Below, in pieces: positions 50,002 to 58,998 of a DNA stretch of 64,000 nucleotides. Under the pieces are notes generated by a model. The model was not told the origin of the DNA, ran no database searches, and worked only from the letters and a program-made list of their open reading frames with translations. Both the position numbers and the translations under genes were made by a program. The DNA is from Vulcanimicrobiota bacterium (GTDB taxonomy: Bacteria; Vulcanimicrobiota; Vulcanimicrobiia; Vulcanimicrobiales; Vulcanimicrobiaceae), in contig CAWCIZ010000006.1 in the NCBI GenBank assembly GCA_963795855.1, positions 64,001 to 128,000 of the forward strand, given 5' to 3'. How positions within the stretch are numbered: position 1 is the stretch's first letter; each line of letters begins with the position of its first letter.

Positions 50002-51110
50002 CGATCGACCTCAGCGAGCACGGCCCGCAACCGTTCGGCGAATTCGGCGCGCTCGTACGCGGTTCCGACGCTGATGCGCACGTAGCGATCGAGCGGCGGC
50101 GCGGCCGGCTTGCGAACGAAGACGCCATGGGCGAGCAATTCGTCCATGACGCCGGTTGCGCGCTCGTTCGTCGCAAAATCGATGCAGACGAAGTTCGCAT
50201 GCGAAGCCAGCGCAGTCGCCCCGATGGCGCGCGCGAGCGTGTAATACTCTTGTCGCCCGCGCTCGACTTCCGTCACCACTTGACGCCGAAACGCTTCATC
50301 ATCGAGCGAGGCCAGCGCGCCGACTTGGGCGTTGCGGTTCACGCCGTAGTGCAGACGAATCTTCTGAAACGTCACCACGTTGCGCGGCGATGAAATCATG
50401 TAGCCGATGCGCGCGCCGGCCATGCCGTAGGCCTTTGAAAACGTCCGCGCACGAAGAAGCCGGCCATGCGGCGCGGGCGCGAACAGCGCGCGCTCGTCGA
50501 CGAAATCGGCGTACGCCTCATCTAAGAAGAGGAGCGATTCGGCCGGCAACGCTTGGAACAGGCGCGCGATCTCCGGCGCGGGCAGCAGCGTTCCGCTCGG
50601 ATTATCCGGATTGGCGATATAGACGATGGCCGGGCGAAGTTCTTTCGCGCGCGCGATGAGCGCATCGACGTCCACGAAGCCGTCTTCTCGATACGCGACC
50701 GTTTCGAGCCGTCCGCCGAAGCCGGTAACGTGGTAGCCGAACGTCGGATACGTTCCGCGCGTGGCGAGCGCGGTGGAAGCCGGCGACATGAACGCGCGCA
50801 CCGCCAATCCCATCAGATCGTCGATGCCGGAACCGACGCAGACGTTTTCGATGCCGCAGCCGTGGCGAAGCGCCAACGCGGAACGGAGATCGTACGATTC
50901 CGGATCGCCGTACCACGAAATATGCGGAAGTTCGCGCGCCATCGCTTCCACTGCTTTCGGGGATGGCCCGAACGCGCTCTCGTTGGCTCCGAGACGCAGC
51001 AGCGACGTGTGACCGCCTTCGCGCATGAGCTGCTCGGGTCCGATGAACGGCGTGACGACCGGGATCGCCTCGATATGCGGCGCCGCCAAAAATTCCGAGT
51101 CGGACTCCAC
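49998..51110 (-). CDS. PLP-dependent aminotransferase class I/II (HisC-like)
   Basis: [39 protein letters not shown]. Confidence 0.9.
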   Translation of the reverse strand: MESDSEFLAAPHIEAIPVVTPFIGPEQLMREGGHTSLLRLGANESAFGPSPKAVEAMARELPHISWYGDPESYDLRSALALRHGCGIENVCVGSGIDDLMGLAVRAFMSPASTALATRGTYPTFGYHVTGFGGRLETVAYREDGFVDVDALIARAKELRPAIVYIANPDNPSGTLLPAPEIARLFQALPAESLLFLDEAYADFVDERALFAPAPHGRLLRARTFSKAYGMAGARIGYMISSPRNVVTFQKIRLHYGVNRNAQVGALASLDDEAFRRQVVTEVERGRQEYYTLARAIGATALASHANFVCIDFATNERATGVMDELLAHGVFVRKPAAPPLDRYVRISVGTAYERAEFAERLRAVLAEVDR

Positions 51111-51118
51111 GTTGCTTA

Positions 51119-52357
51119 TCAGTTTCCACCCACCAGAAATCGCGTTACGGTAACCGGCGCGCCGGACGGAACGGACTCAGTCGCTTCGTCCAAAACCAGA
51201 AAACCGCTTGCGCGCGCGAGCAGGCTCGCCGAACTCGAGCGCAGCTCCAGCGGATACGCTACGCGGCTGCCGTCCGCCTCGTCCAAACGGACCGGCAGGA
51301 ACCACGTCCAGCCGGGACGCTTGCGAACGGCCGCACCCAGCGAGGCGGCGACCGCCGTCGATACGGGACGCCGGCACGAGAGCGTGGATACGATCGGCGC
51401 CGCGACCGCTTCGAGAATCATAAGCGCTGAAGCCGGGTTCCCCGGGAGTCCGACGATCGGTTTGCCGTCGATGCTTGCAAGCAGGGTCGGTTTGCCGGGT
51501 TTCACGCGCAACCCGTGCACGATCACGCCTGGGGCTCCGAGCTGCGCAACTACCCGCGGCGTAAAGTCGCGGTCGCCGACGGACGAGCCGCCCGTCAATA
51601 CCACGCCGTCACAGATAGCCACCGCTTCACGCAAAAGCGTTTCGAGTTTCCCCGAATCGTCGGACGCGATCGGGAAATGCCGTACGGAGGCGCCGAGCGC
51701 TTCCAGCGTTCCGGCAACGGCCCAGCGATTCGAGTCGCGCACTTGTGCGGGCGAGGGCTCAGAGTCGATGTCCACGAGTTCGTCGCCGCTTGAAATCACG
51801 CCGAACACCGGGCGGCGGTACACCGCGACGCGGCCTATGCCGAGCGTAGCGAGAACCCCCAGTTCGGGGCCGCCGATGCACCGGCCGGGCTGCAAAAGAC
51901 TCTCCCCGGCGCGCATATCCGATCCCGCGGGCGTGATGCAATCACCGCGCGGCACCGCAGATTCGACGTCCACCGTCGAACCGTTCACGCGGACGTCTTC
52001 GACCGGAACCACGGCATCGGCGCCGGCCGGTACAACGCCGCCCGTCGGAATGCGCAGCGCGGTCTTTTCGCCCAACGCACCGTCCCACGCGTGTCCCATG
52101 CGAATCTCGCCGGCAATCGACAGCCGCCCCGGCGTGTCGCCCGAGCGAAGCGCGAATCCGTCCATCGCCGAACGCGGCGCCGGCGGGTACGCGCCATCGC
52201 TGCTGATCGATTCGGCGAGAATGCGCCGCAAAGCGTGTTCGAGCGGAACGTACTCCGTTTGCGCGCCGCGCAGCTTCGCACGCGCAAAATACAGCGTCAG
52301 CGCCTGCTCCGGAGCGAGGAGCGCGTCGTCTTGGAATCCAATGCGGCGGTTTTCCAT
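51119..52357 (-). CDS. moeA: Molybdopterin molybdenumtransferase MoeA
   Basis: [54 protein letters not shown]. Confidence 0.96.
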   Translation of the reverse strand: MENRRIGFQDDALLAPEQALTLYFARAKLRGAQTEYVPLEHALRRILAESISSDGAYPPAPRSAMDGFALRSGDTPGRLSIAGEIRMGHAWDGALGEKTALRIPTGGVVPAGADAVVPVEDVRVNGSTVDVESAVPRGDCITPAGSDMRAGESLLQPGRCIGGPELGVLATLGIGRVAVYRRPVFGVISSGDELVDIDSEPSPAQVRDSNRWAVAGTLEALGASVRHFPIASDDSGKLETLLREAVAICDGVVLTGGSSVGDRDFTPRVVAQLGAPGVIVHGLRVKPGKPTLLASIDGKPIVGLPGNPASALMILEAVAAPIVSTLSCRRPVSTAVAASLGAAVRKRPGWTWFLPVRLDEADGSRVAYPLELRSSSASLLARASGFLVLDEATESVPSGAPVTVTRFLVGGN

Positions 52358-53642
52358 GCTAGATATCGCTTTGATTCGTCGTGACCCCGATCGCGTCAGG
52401 CGCTCGGCCCGGCGCCGCGGACAAGACGCTGCGTTCGTCGACGAGATTCTGCGCTTGGATGCCGAGTACCGTTCTGCGCTCACCGCGGTCGAAACTGCCA
52501 AAGCCGAAAAGAACCGGCTCTCCGCGCAAATCGGAAAGGCCGCCGATAAAGCGTCCGCGGCGCGCGAGTTCCGCCCGCAGATCGACGAAATCACGCAACG
52601 CATCGACGCGGCGCAGGAGCGCGCACGCGCTTTGAGTCCGGACGATGCGGATTCGACGCTGCACGAGCTGCTTACGCAATCGCCGAATGTGCTCGACGAC
52701 TCGGTCCCCGACGGCGCGGATGAAAACGACAACGTCGTCGTACGCACCGTGGGGCAGCCTCCGCCCTTCGCCTTCCAGCCGTTACCGCATTGGGAATTGG
52801 GCGAACGACTCGGGATTCTCGATTTCGAACGCGCTGCGAAGCTTTCCGGCAGCCGCTTTTCCGTATTGCGCGGTGAAGGCGCGCGCCTCTCGAGAGCGCT
52901 CGTTCAATTTTTTTTGGACAGCGCGTCGCAAGCCGGTTACACCGAGGTTGCGCCGCCCTTTCTGGTTTCGCGGCAAACCATGTGGAAGACCGGCCAACTC
53001 AGCAAGTTCGCCGATGCAATGTTCCGGGATCAAGAAGCGGACTTGTTCATGATTCCCACCGCGGAAGTGCCGTTGACGGCGCTGCACGCAGACGAAATCC
53101 TGGCTGTGGAGCAGCTGCCGCTGCGTTATGCGGCGTACACGCCGTGCTTTAGAAAAGAAGCCGGCGCCGCGGGCAAGGACACGCGAGGCCTCATTCGGCA
53201 GCACCAATTCGAAAAAGTCGAACTCGTTTGGCTCACCGCGCCGGAGCAGTCGTTCGAGGCGCTCGAGCAGTTGACGAGCAATGCCGAGTCGATTCTGGGC
53301 GCGCTGGAACTTCCGTATCGCGTGGTCGCACTATGCTCCGCCGACGTCGGATTCAACGCAGCCAAAACGTACGACCTGGAAGTGTGGATCCCCAGCGCGG
53401 GCGCGTATCGCGAAATCAGTTCCTGCTCGAACTGCACGGATTTTCAAGCCCGCCGCAGCGCTATTCGTTTGCGACGCGAGGCGGCGAGCAAACCGGAGTT
53501 GGTGCATACGCTCAACGGATCCGGTCTCGCCGTCGGCCGCACGCTGGTCGCGATCATGGAAAACTACCAGCAGGCAGACGGCTCGATCCGCGTCCCGAAA
53601 GCACTGATCGAGTACATGAAAACGGACGTCATTCGCGGCTAG
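52356..53642 (+). CDS. serS: Serine--tRNA ligase
   Basis: [65 protein letters not shown]. Confidence 0.99.
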   Translation: MLDIALIRRDPDRVRRSARRRGQDAAFVDEILRLDAEYRSALTAVETAKAEKNRLSAQIGKAADKASAAREFRPQIDEITQRIDAAQERARALSPDDADSTLHELLTQSPNVLDDSVPDGADENDNVVVRTVGQPPPFAFQPLPHWELGERLGILDFERAAKLSGSRFSVLRGEGARLSRALVQFFLDSASQAGYTEVAPPFLVSRQTMWKTGQLSKFADAMFRDQEADLFMIPTAEVPLTALHADEILAVEQLPLRYAAYTPCFRKEAGAAGKDTRGLIRQHQFEKVELVWLTAPEQSFEALEQLTSNAESILGALELPYRVVALCSADVGFNAAKTYDLEVWIPSAGAYREISSCSNCTDFQARRSAIRLRREAASKPELVHTLNGSGLAVGRTLVAIMENYQQADGSIRVPKALIEYMKTDVIRG

Positions 53643-53986
53643 CCGCGAGTTTGAAGAAACTCGACTAAAGCGCGCACGTATTGCGAAGGCTTCGCCGGCT
53701 CGGCGGAGGCGCCGCGCCGGCTTTCAACCGTGACGCGCGTGCGGTGTTCGTCCAGCTTCTCGATCGTGCAGCGCAGCCGTTCGGAATTCACCAAACCGAA
53801 CGTGGCCTCGATGCGTCCCGATTGCGAATCGGATTCGCGAACGGACCCGCCGAGAACGTCCTCTACACCGCGAATGCACTCCTGGAAGAGACGTTCGCAA
53901 GGACGTTCCAGTACGATCGTCTGCGACGCTGTCGGCGCAACGCCCGGCGGACGCTCGACGCGCAGCCAGTCGCGAAAAAACTTCAC
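53639..53986 (-). CDS. Hypothetical protein
   Basis: 115-aa ORF coupled to the MgtC stop (GTGA overlap). Protein-like composition ([17 protein letters not shown]). Confidence 0.7.
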   Translation of the reverse strand: MKFFRDWLRVERPPGVAPTASQTIVLERPCERLFQECIRGVEDVLGGSVRESDSQSGRIEATFGLVNSERLRCTIEKLDEHRTRVTVESRRGASAEPAKPSQYVRALVEFLQTRG

Positions 53987-54657
53987 GATCCGAAGAAGGG
54001 CGGTTCCGTCGCTTCCACCTGTCTAACGCCCGTGAGCGCGCCGATTTCACGCACGACGCCGCTCAGATTTCGCCCGTGCGGCAGATCGACCGCATATGCG
54101 ATTTCGGTTATTTCGATCCCGTCTTCATTGCGCACGCGCATCACGTCGCTGCTCTCGATCGGCACGGCAGCCTCGCGAAAGATCTTGGCGATGTCGCCGC
54201 CGGAGATCTCCGACGACGTGCACACGACGCGAACGTCGAACTTGCGCGGCACGCGAAGCCACTGCATCAGGTTCGCGTCCGAAATGGCGAGGGCGCACAG
54301 CGTGATTGCCGTGACGAGCACGCCGACGTACAAGCCGAAGCTGTCGGAATAGCCGAGATTCAAGCCGACCGCAGCGGCCATCCAGATACTCGCGGCCGTG
54401 GTCAAACCTTGCGGCGTATTTCCTCGCCGCACGATCGCTCCGGCGCCCAAAAAGCCGATGCCGACGACGACGTACGACGGTATGCGCGTGTCGTGCAGAT
54501 GCGCGCCCATCGCGGTAAAAGCCGCCGAAGCTGCGGCAACGAGCAAATGCGTTCTAAACCCCGCCGGCTTTGCTGCCGCCTGACGCTGCACGCCGATCGC
54601 CCCGCCCAGAGCGGCGGCTGCAGCGATGCCGATCAGCGGAGAGAACGCGAACGCCAC
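53983..54657 (-). CDS. MgtC/SapB family membrane protein
   Basis: LGGAIG.QR...KPAGFRTH.LV, RIPSYVVVGIGFLGAGAI, GLTTAASIW. Confidence 0.93.
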   Translation of the reverse strand: MAFAFSPLIGIAAAAALGGAIGVQRQAAAKPAGFRTHLLVAAASAAFTAMGAHLHDTRIPSYVVVGIGFLGAGAIVRRGNTPQGLTTAASIWMAAAVGLNLGYSDSFGLYVGVLVTAITLCALAISDANLMQWLRVPRKFDVRVVCTSSEISGGDIAKIFREAAVPIESSDVMRVRNEDGIEITEIAYAVDLPHGRNLSGVVREIGALTGVRQVEATEPPFFGS

Positions 54658-54665
54658 CGCCGCCT

Positions 54666-55598
54666 TTAGGACGCGTCTTCGATCATCGAGAGCAATTTCG
54701 AGCGATCGAGATAACGGATGTGTCCGCGCTCGCGGCGCAGCGCTTGCACGCGCTCGAGCTCCGCAATAGCGCGCGCGGCAACTTCCTTTACGGTGCCGGC
54801 AGCGGCAGCCAGTCGAGCTTGCGTCATCGTCGGCAAAGGCGGCAAAGCCGGATGCAGCTCGCGTTCGGGGGCGGCATACGGCAATAGCGCCGCCGCAACG
54901 CGCGCAATGATCGGCTGGGAAACCTGCGCGGCCAATTCGCTCGCAAGCGCGCGGTTGCGCTGGGCCGTCGCGGCGCCGATCGCCATCAAGAAGTCGGGTT
55001 CGTCCGCGGCAACTCGACGCACGACGTCGAACGGAACCATCGCATACCGCGCCGCTTTCGAAAGTGCGACGGTGCGGCCCATGCTCAGGCCGTCGTCGAA
55101 GAATTCGGATTCGCCGAACGTGTCGAGCGGAAAGAGATGAAACAACAACCGCTCGCGCGAGCCGGCGCCCACGAAAACCGCCATCGCACCTTCGAGCACC
55201 AGACCGAGAGAAGCGCATCCGGCATTTTCGGCGCAGATCACTTGGCCTTTGCGGGCCGAGTGTTCCATCGTCGATTCGACGATCTTGGCGCGCGCATTTT
55301 CGCTCAGTCGAGAAAAAACACTACTGCGCCGCATCGCAACCGACAATGAAGGCGCCTGCGGATCAACATGTACGCGGGTCAGTTTCACGCGCCATTCCGC
55401 ATCGCCGACGTGACGGTGCTCGAAGGAAAATTCGCCGGGGCGCAGCTGTTCCAAGCGAGCCATCAGCGCTCGGGGGTCGACTTCGGTAAGAAAATCGAAG
55501 TGGCCGCCGGCGGCGAGCCTTGCCGACTCTTCCAGCACGGTCGACGCGCGCTCCCAAACCGGCAAACCTCGTAAATCCAACGAATCGTGCGTAACCAT
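54666..55598 (-). CDS. Crp/Fnr family regulator with N-terminal DUF2249-like domain
   Basis: LDLRGLP..ER...DP..L...PGEF...WRV N-domain, cNMP domain (FGE..FFD), HTH MTQARLAAAAGTVKEVAAR. Confidence 0.82.
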   Translation of the reverse strand: MVTHDSLDLRGLPVWERASTVLEESARLAAGGHFDFLTEVDPRALMARLEQLRPGEFSFEHRHVGDAEWRVKLTRVHVDPQAPSLSVAMRRSSVFSRLSENARAKIVESTMEHSARKGQVICAENAGCASLGLVLEGAMAVFVGAGSRERLLFHLFPLDTFGESEFFDDGLSMGRTVALSKAARYAMVPFDVVRRVAADEPDFLMAIGAATAQRNRALASELAAQVSQPIIARVAAALLPYAAPERELHPALPPLPTMTQARLAAAAGTVKEVAARAIAELERVQALRRERGHIRYLDRSKLLSMIEDAS

Positions 55599-55676
55599 AT
55601 CGTATTCTGGCTTCTCGATTCGGCGCGCGCACTCATCCAACCGTAGCAACCGGGCGGTTTCGTGCGTTATACCGGT

Positions 55677-56057
55677 ATGAAACACCTACTCTCGGCGATC
55701 GCTTTCGCGCTCGGCTTGCTGCCGCTAGCGAGCGCTCCGGCCATCGCCGCTTCGGAACCAACAGCGTACGCCACCGCAATTACGGCGGTGTACGGCTCGC
55801 CATCGCCCTTCACCGGAACGTTGCGGCTCAGCATCTCCGATAGCGGAATCGTGCGCGGCTATTACTTTTCGGCGGACGGCTCCGCTTGGTTCGTCCCCGT
55901 AACCGGCGGACGCACGGGCGACACCATTTGGTTCGACATCGGCGCGGACAAGGGCATGTACCACGTCGACGGACGCCTGCACGACGGCACGATCGTCGGC
56001 ACCGCGTTCGGAGGCGACAACGAACAATACACGTTCGTCGCCAACGCGCAAAAGTAG
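55677..56057 (+). CDS. Secreted beta-rich hypothetical protein
   Basis: Signal peptide MKHLLSAIAFALGLL..AIA followed by beta-strand-rich sequence. Confidence 0.7.
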   Translation: MKHLLSAIAFALGLLPLASAPAIAASEPTAYATAITAVYGSPSPFTGTLRLSISDSGIVRGYYFSADGSAWFVPVTGGRTGDTIWFDIGADKGMYHVDGRLHDGTIVGTAFGGDNEQYTFVANAQK

Positions 56058-56064
56058 CTGCGCG

Positions 56065-56580
56065 TTATACCTTCACCTGCTGCCAGGCACGTTGGGCGGC
56101 CGGCGGCAGGTGATCCATGCTCTTCAAGAAGAGCGTCACCTGCCAAATCTGCGTATCGGAGAGCGTTTTACCGAACGCGGGCATTCCCGTCCAACGAATG
56201 CCGTGACTCAATTTCCAGAAGGTTACCCCGTCGGGATCGTCTTCGACGCCGTCTTTCGCGAGCTGCGGCGGTTTTTGGTACAAACCTTTCGCGACTTTCG
56301 TCGGTTTGCCGGCTGAACTGCCGTGACAGATCGCGCAATTCTGAGCGTACAGCTTCACACCCGCGATGAGGTTTCGATCGTTTGCGGGCAGCGGATCGGT
56401 TACGCGCGGCGCGCTGCGCCGAAGCGTTGCATGCAGCGACGTCTTCGCGGCCCAAACTTCGAAATGCGGCGGACGTTCGTCTGCATTGGCCGGCAGTAAC
56501 CCCGTCCGGATGATCGCGTAACCGGTGACGGCGGTGGCGACTACCGCGATGACGATTCCGACGACGATACCTTTGAGCAT
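56065..56580 (-). CDS. Membrane-anchored monoheme cytochrome c
   Basis: N-terminal TM, CAICH heme motif, GIRWTGMPAF. GGAGG SD. Confidence 0.92.
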   Translation of the reverse strand: MLKGIVVGIVIAVVATAVTGYAIIRTGLLPANADERPPHFEVWAAKTSLHATLRRSAPRVTDPLPANDRNLIAGVKLYAQNCAICHGSSAGKPTKVAKGLYQKPPQLAKDGVEDDPDGVTFWKLSHGIRWTGMPAFGKTLSDTQIWQVTLFLKSMDHLPPAAQRAWQQVKV

Positions 56581-56660
56581 GGACCCTCCAATTGTTTTCA
56601 GAGGGTAGAAAACACTGCTTAGGGGCGGCTGGGAAGCATCGCCGAACTCGAAAATCTTTT

Positions 56661-56748
56661 AGGAGAGGGAGGGATTCGAACCCTCGGAAGATTCATCACC
56701 TTCTGCGGTTTTCAAGACCGCTGCATTAAACCGCTCTGCCACCTCTCC
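56661..56748 (-). tRNA. tRNA-Ser (anticodon TGA), CCA not encoded
   Basis: GGAGAGG acceptor stem, GCGGT-CTTGAAA-ACCGC anticodon arm, long variable arm, GGTTCGAATCC T-arm. Confidence 0.97.
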
Positions 56749-56799
56749 GAACGTTGATTCGATTGGTGGGGAAACGCACAGGTCCTTCGCGGCGTGCGT

Positions 56800-58116
56800 T
56801 TATTCGACGCGAAGCGTCAGGAGCGCGACGTCGTCCTGGTGCTTGCCGCGCACGACGGCTCGCCGCAGCGCCAGCGCGGGCTGCGCCGCGTTGCGAATCT
56901 CCGCGCGCATCAGCGCATCGCGAAGCGCGCTCTCGCCCTCCACGTAGTTGCGATTCCATTCCACCAAGCCATCCGTGAAATAGACGGCGATTGCGCCGCG
57001 CTCGAGCTGAATGCAGCACGTTTCCCGGTTCGCCGGATCGAGGCCGCGCGTCCCCAACGGAAGTCCGCGCTGCGCGAACGGGTCGACGACCTCGTTCCGG
57101 CTGGGAATCCAGATCAGCGGCCCAGGGTGGCCCGCAGCGGCGCCGCTGAGCGTGCGCGTAGCGGGATCGTACGTGCTCAGGTGTGCGGTCGCGTAACGGC
57201 CGTCGGGAAATTCCTCGACGATCAAATAATCCGCGATATCGAGCGCGCGCAGCAGATCGGTTTCACCGTACAGCGAGGTACGCAGCGCGTCGCGCAGCGT
57301 GCCCATGAACGCCGCCGCATCGACGCCGTGCCCGGTAACGTCGCCGATCGATATGCCGATTTGTCCATTCGGCAGGTTGAATGCATCGTACCAATCGCCG
57401 CCGATAAGCATCTCCGCCTCGGCCGGTTCGTAGTATGCATCCAAGGAAAATCCGGGCCTCGACGGAAGCGTGCGCGGCAGCGACGCAAGCTGCAATCGCG
57501 ACGCCACTTCCACGGACTGCGAGTACAGTTTCGATTTGGAAATCGCGACGCCGCAGCGGCGGCCGAGATCTTCGGCAAACATCAGAGCGCGATCGTCATA
57601 GCGTTCGGTGCTGGGATAGGTGCGTACGAGCGTAAGCGCGCCGAGAATGCCTTGCACGTGCGAGACGACCGGCACGACGATCATCGAGCGGTACTGCAGT
57701 TCGCGCATGAATTGCGCGTGCTCGGGTCCCGTGGCGAAGCGCTCTATGGACTCGTCCACCTCCTGCACGAGCAGGGAGTCACCGGTCTCAACGACGTCGC
57801 AGACCGGATGGCGCGGAAAGCCGGAGCAGCTGGAGAGGTGTGTTGCGGCGCGATACAGCCGTTCCGACATCCCGGGGATGCGATGCGCCGCCGCAACGAG
57901 CTCGATGTCGGTGCCGTAGCCCAAATCAAGAAGGCAGATATCCGCTACGGTTTCAACCGCCGCAGCGCAAACGTTACGAAGCGTTTCGTGGTAGTCGAGC
58001 GAGAGACCGAGAATTTCGCCCGCGCGAACGAGGAAGAACAGGTAGCGCGCCTCCGCGCCCATTGCTTCCTGCTCGCTGCTGTTTCGGGTCGCCGCCATGC
58101 GCAGGGTTGTTCCCAA
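56800..58116 (-). CDS. GAF + SpoIIE/PP2C Ser/Thr phosphatase (RsbU-like)
   Basis: SLDY..TL, GAF region, LQ.A.LP, IGGDWYD, IGDVTGHG, AGHP, FTDGLVE, DDVALL. Confidence 0.93.
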   Translation of the reverse strand: MGTTLRMAATRNSSEQEAMGAEARYLFFLVRAGEILGLSLDYHETLRNVCAAAVETVADICLLDLGYGTDIELVAAAHRIPGMSERLYRAATHLSSCSGFPRHPVCDVVETGDSLLVQEVDESIERFATGPEHAQFMRELQYRSMIVVPVVSHVQGILGALTLVRTYPSTERYDDRALMFAEDLGRRCGVAISKSKLYSQSVEVASRLQLASLPRTLPSRPGFSLDAYYEPAEAEMLIGGDWYDAFNLPNGQIGISIGDVTGHGVDAAAFMGTLRDALRTSLYGETDLLRALDIADYLIVEEFPDGRYATAHLSTYDPATRTLSGAAAGHPGPLIWIPSRNEVVDPFAQRGLPLGTRGLDPANRETCCIQLERGAIAVYFTDGLVEWNRNYVEGESALRDALMRAEIRNAAQPALALRRAVVRGKHQDDVALLTLRVE

Positions 58117-58143
58117 CTAGCGTTGCGAAGTTAACCTCGCTCG

Positions 58144-58293
58144 CTAGGGCTGCGCCGGCGGATCGCTCGCGGGGAATGAGTCGGCCACTTCCTTGTCATA
58201 GTCGTCGAGCGTTTTGTCGCCTTCGTGCGCCTCGACGGCTTCTTTGTGTACTTCGCGCGTCTCCAGGGGCGGTACAGGCGTTTGTTTGTCCAT
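58144..58293 (-). CDS. Small acidic protein with SFPASDPP motif
   Basis: 49 aa ending EVADSFPASDPPAQP. TACAAT lies 6 nt before the ATG. Confidence 0.8.
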   Translation of the reverse strand: MDKQTPVPPLETREVHKEAVEAHEGDKTLDDYDKEVADSFPASDPPAQP

Positions 58294-58310
58294 GCGCGGA
58301 TTGTACCCGA
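58294..58310. promoter_or_regulatory. Putative bidirectional promoter for two leaderless genes
   Basis: TACAAT (minus, 58305-58300) and GATTGT (plus, 58299-58304) each lie 6 nt before an ATG. Confidence 0.55.
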
Positions 58311-58782
58311 ATGCCGCAGGCAATGACCGCGATCCCCACGCCGCTGGGAGTGGCACTGGTCGTCGTCAGCGACGGCGAACGGCTCGTCAATGCGCATTTC
58401 CGCAGGAGTCTCGTTGCCGCGCGCCCTGCGCCGCGCGACCCGATCTTGCGCGAAGCGGTGCGCCAGGCGGGCGCGTATTTTCGCAAGCGCCTGACGCGTT
58501 TCGACATCCCGCTCAGATTGGACGGGACGCCGTTCCAGAATGCGGTGTGGACGTTCGTCGCGCAGTTGGGGGCCGGAGAGTCTGATTTCGTACGGCGATC
58601 TCGCGCGATTGGTCGGCCGCCCCCGCGCGCACCGCGCGGTCGCGGCGGCAATGCGTATGACGCCGATCGATTTTTTCATTCCGGCGCATCGCGTGGTGGG
58701 ATCGGACGGTACGGTGCGCGGTGCGGGCGCGAACGCGATCCGGCGGCGGCTGCTGGCGTTCGAGGGAATTACTTTGGAATGA
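58311..58782 (+). CDS. Ogt/MGMT family protein, alkyltransferase-like (PAHR instead of PCHR; frameshift near 58580)
   Basis: TPLG, AYF...FDIPL..GTPFQNAVW, ISYGDLA..GRP.AHRAV, IPAHRVVGSDG, LLAFEG. Confidence 0.88.
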
Positions 58783-58912
58783 CGATGAGCGCTAGCGCCC
58801 AACCGCGTTCCGTGCGCATGCGCGCGAGATATCCCTCCGCCGTTTTCCCGTAGATTTGGTAGCCCGCGCTCAACGCGTCACGGACGGAGTTGAATACCAC
58901 GATCCCACTCAT
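58769..58912 (-). CDS. 47-aa small protein absent from the ORF track
   Basis: Manual translation MSGIVVFNSVRDALSAGYQIYGKTAEGYLARMRTERGWALALIVIPK*. Fills an otherwise empty gap. Confidence 0.6.
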   Translation of the reverse strand: MSGIVVFNSVRDALSAGYQIYGKTAEGYLARMRTERGWALALIVIPK

Positions 58913-58998
58913 AACGGCGATGCGCTTACCCGTGGGCGCCCTGTGAGTCCCTGCTAAGAGCGGGGATAAATCGCGGAAAGTTGTTCATACGGTGTGGA

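Noticed and set aside
50553..52355. 1029-aa ORF suggesting a giant N-terminally extended SerRS
   Set aside because: The extension is the stop-free antisense frame of moeA and the aminotransferase in high-GC DNA. SerRS homology begins at MLDIALIR (52356).
53639..56748. Integrative element or prophage at tRNA-Ser
   Set aside because: No integrase, phage gene or duplicated tRNA 3' end (att site) was seen.
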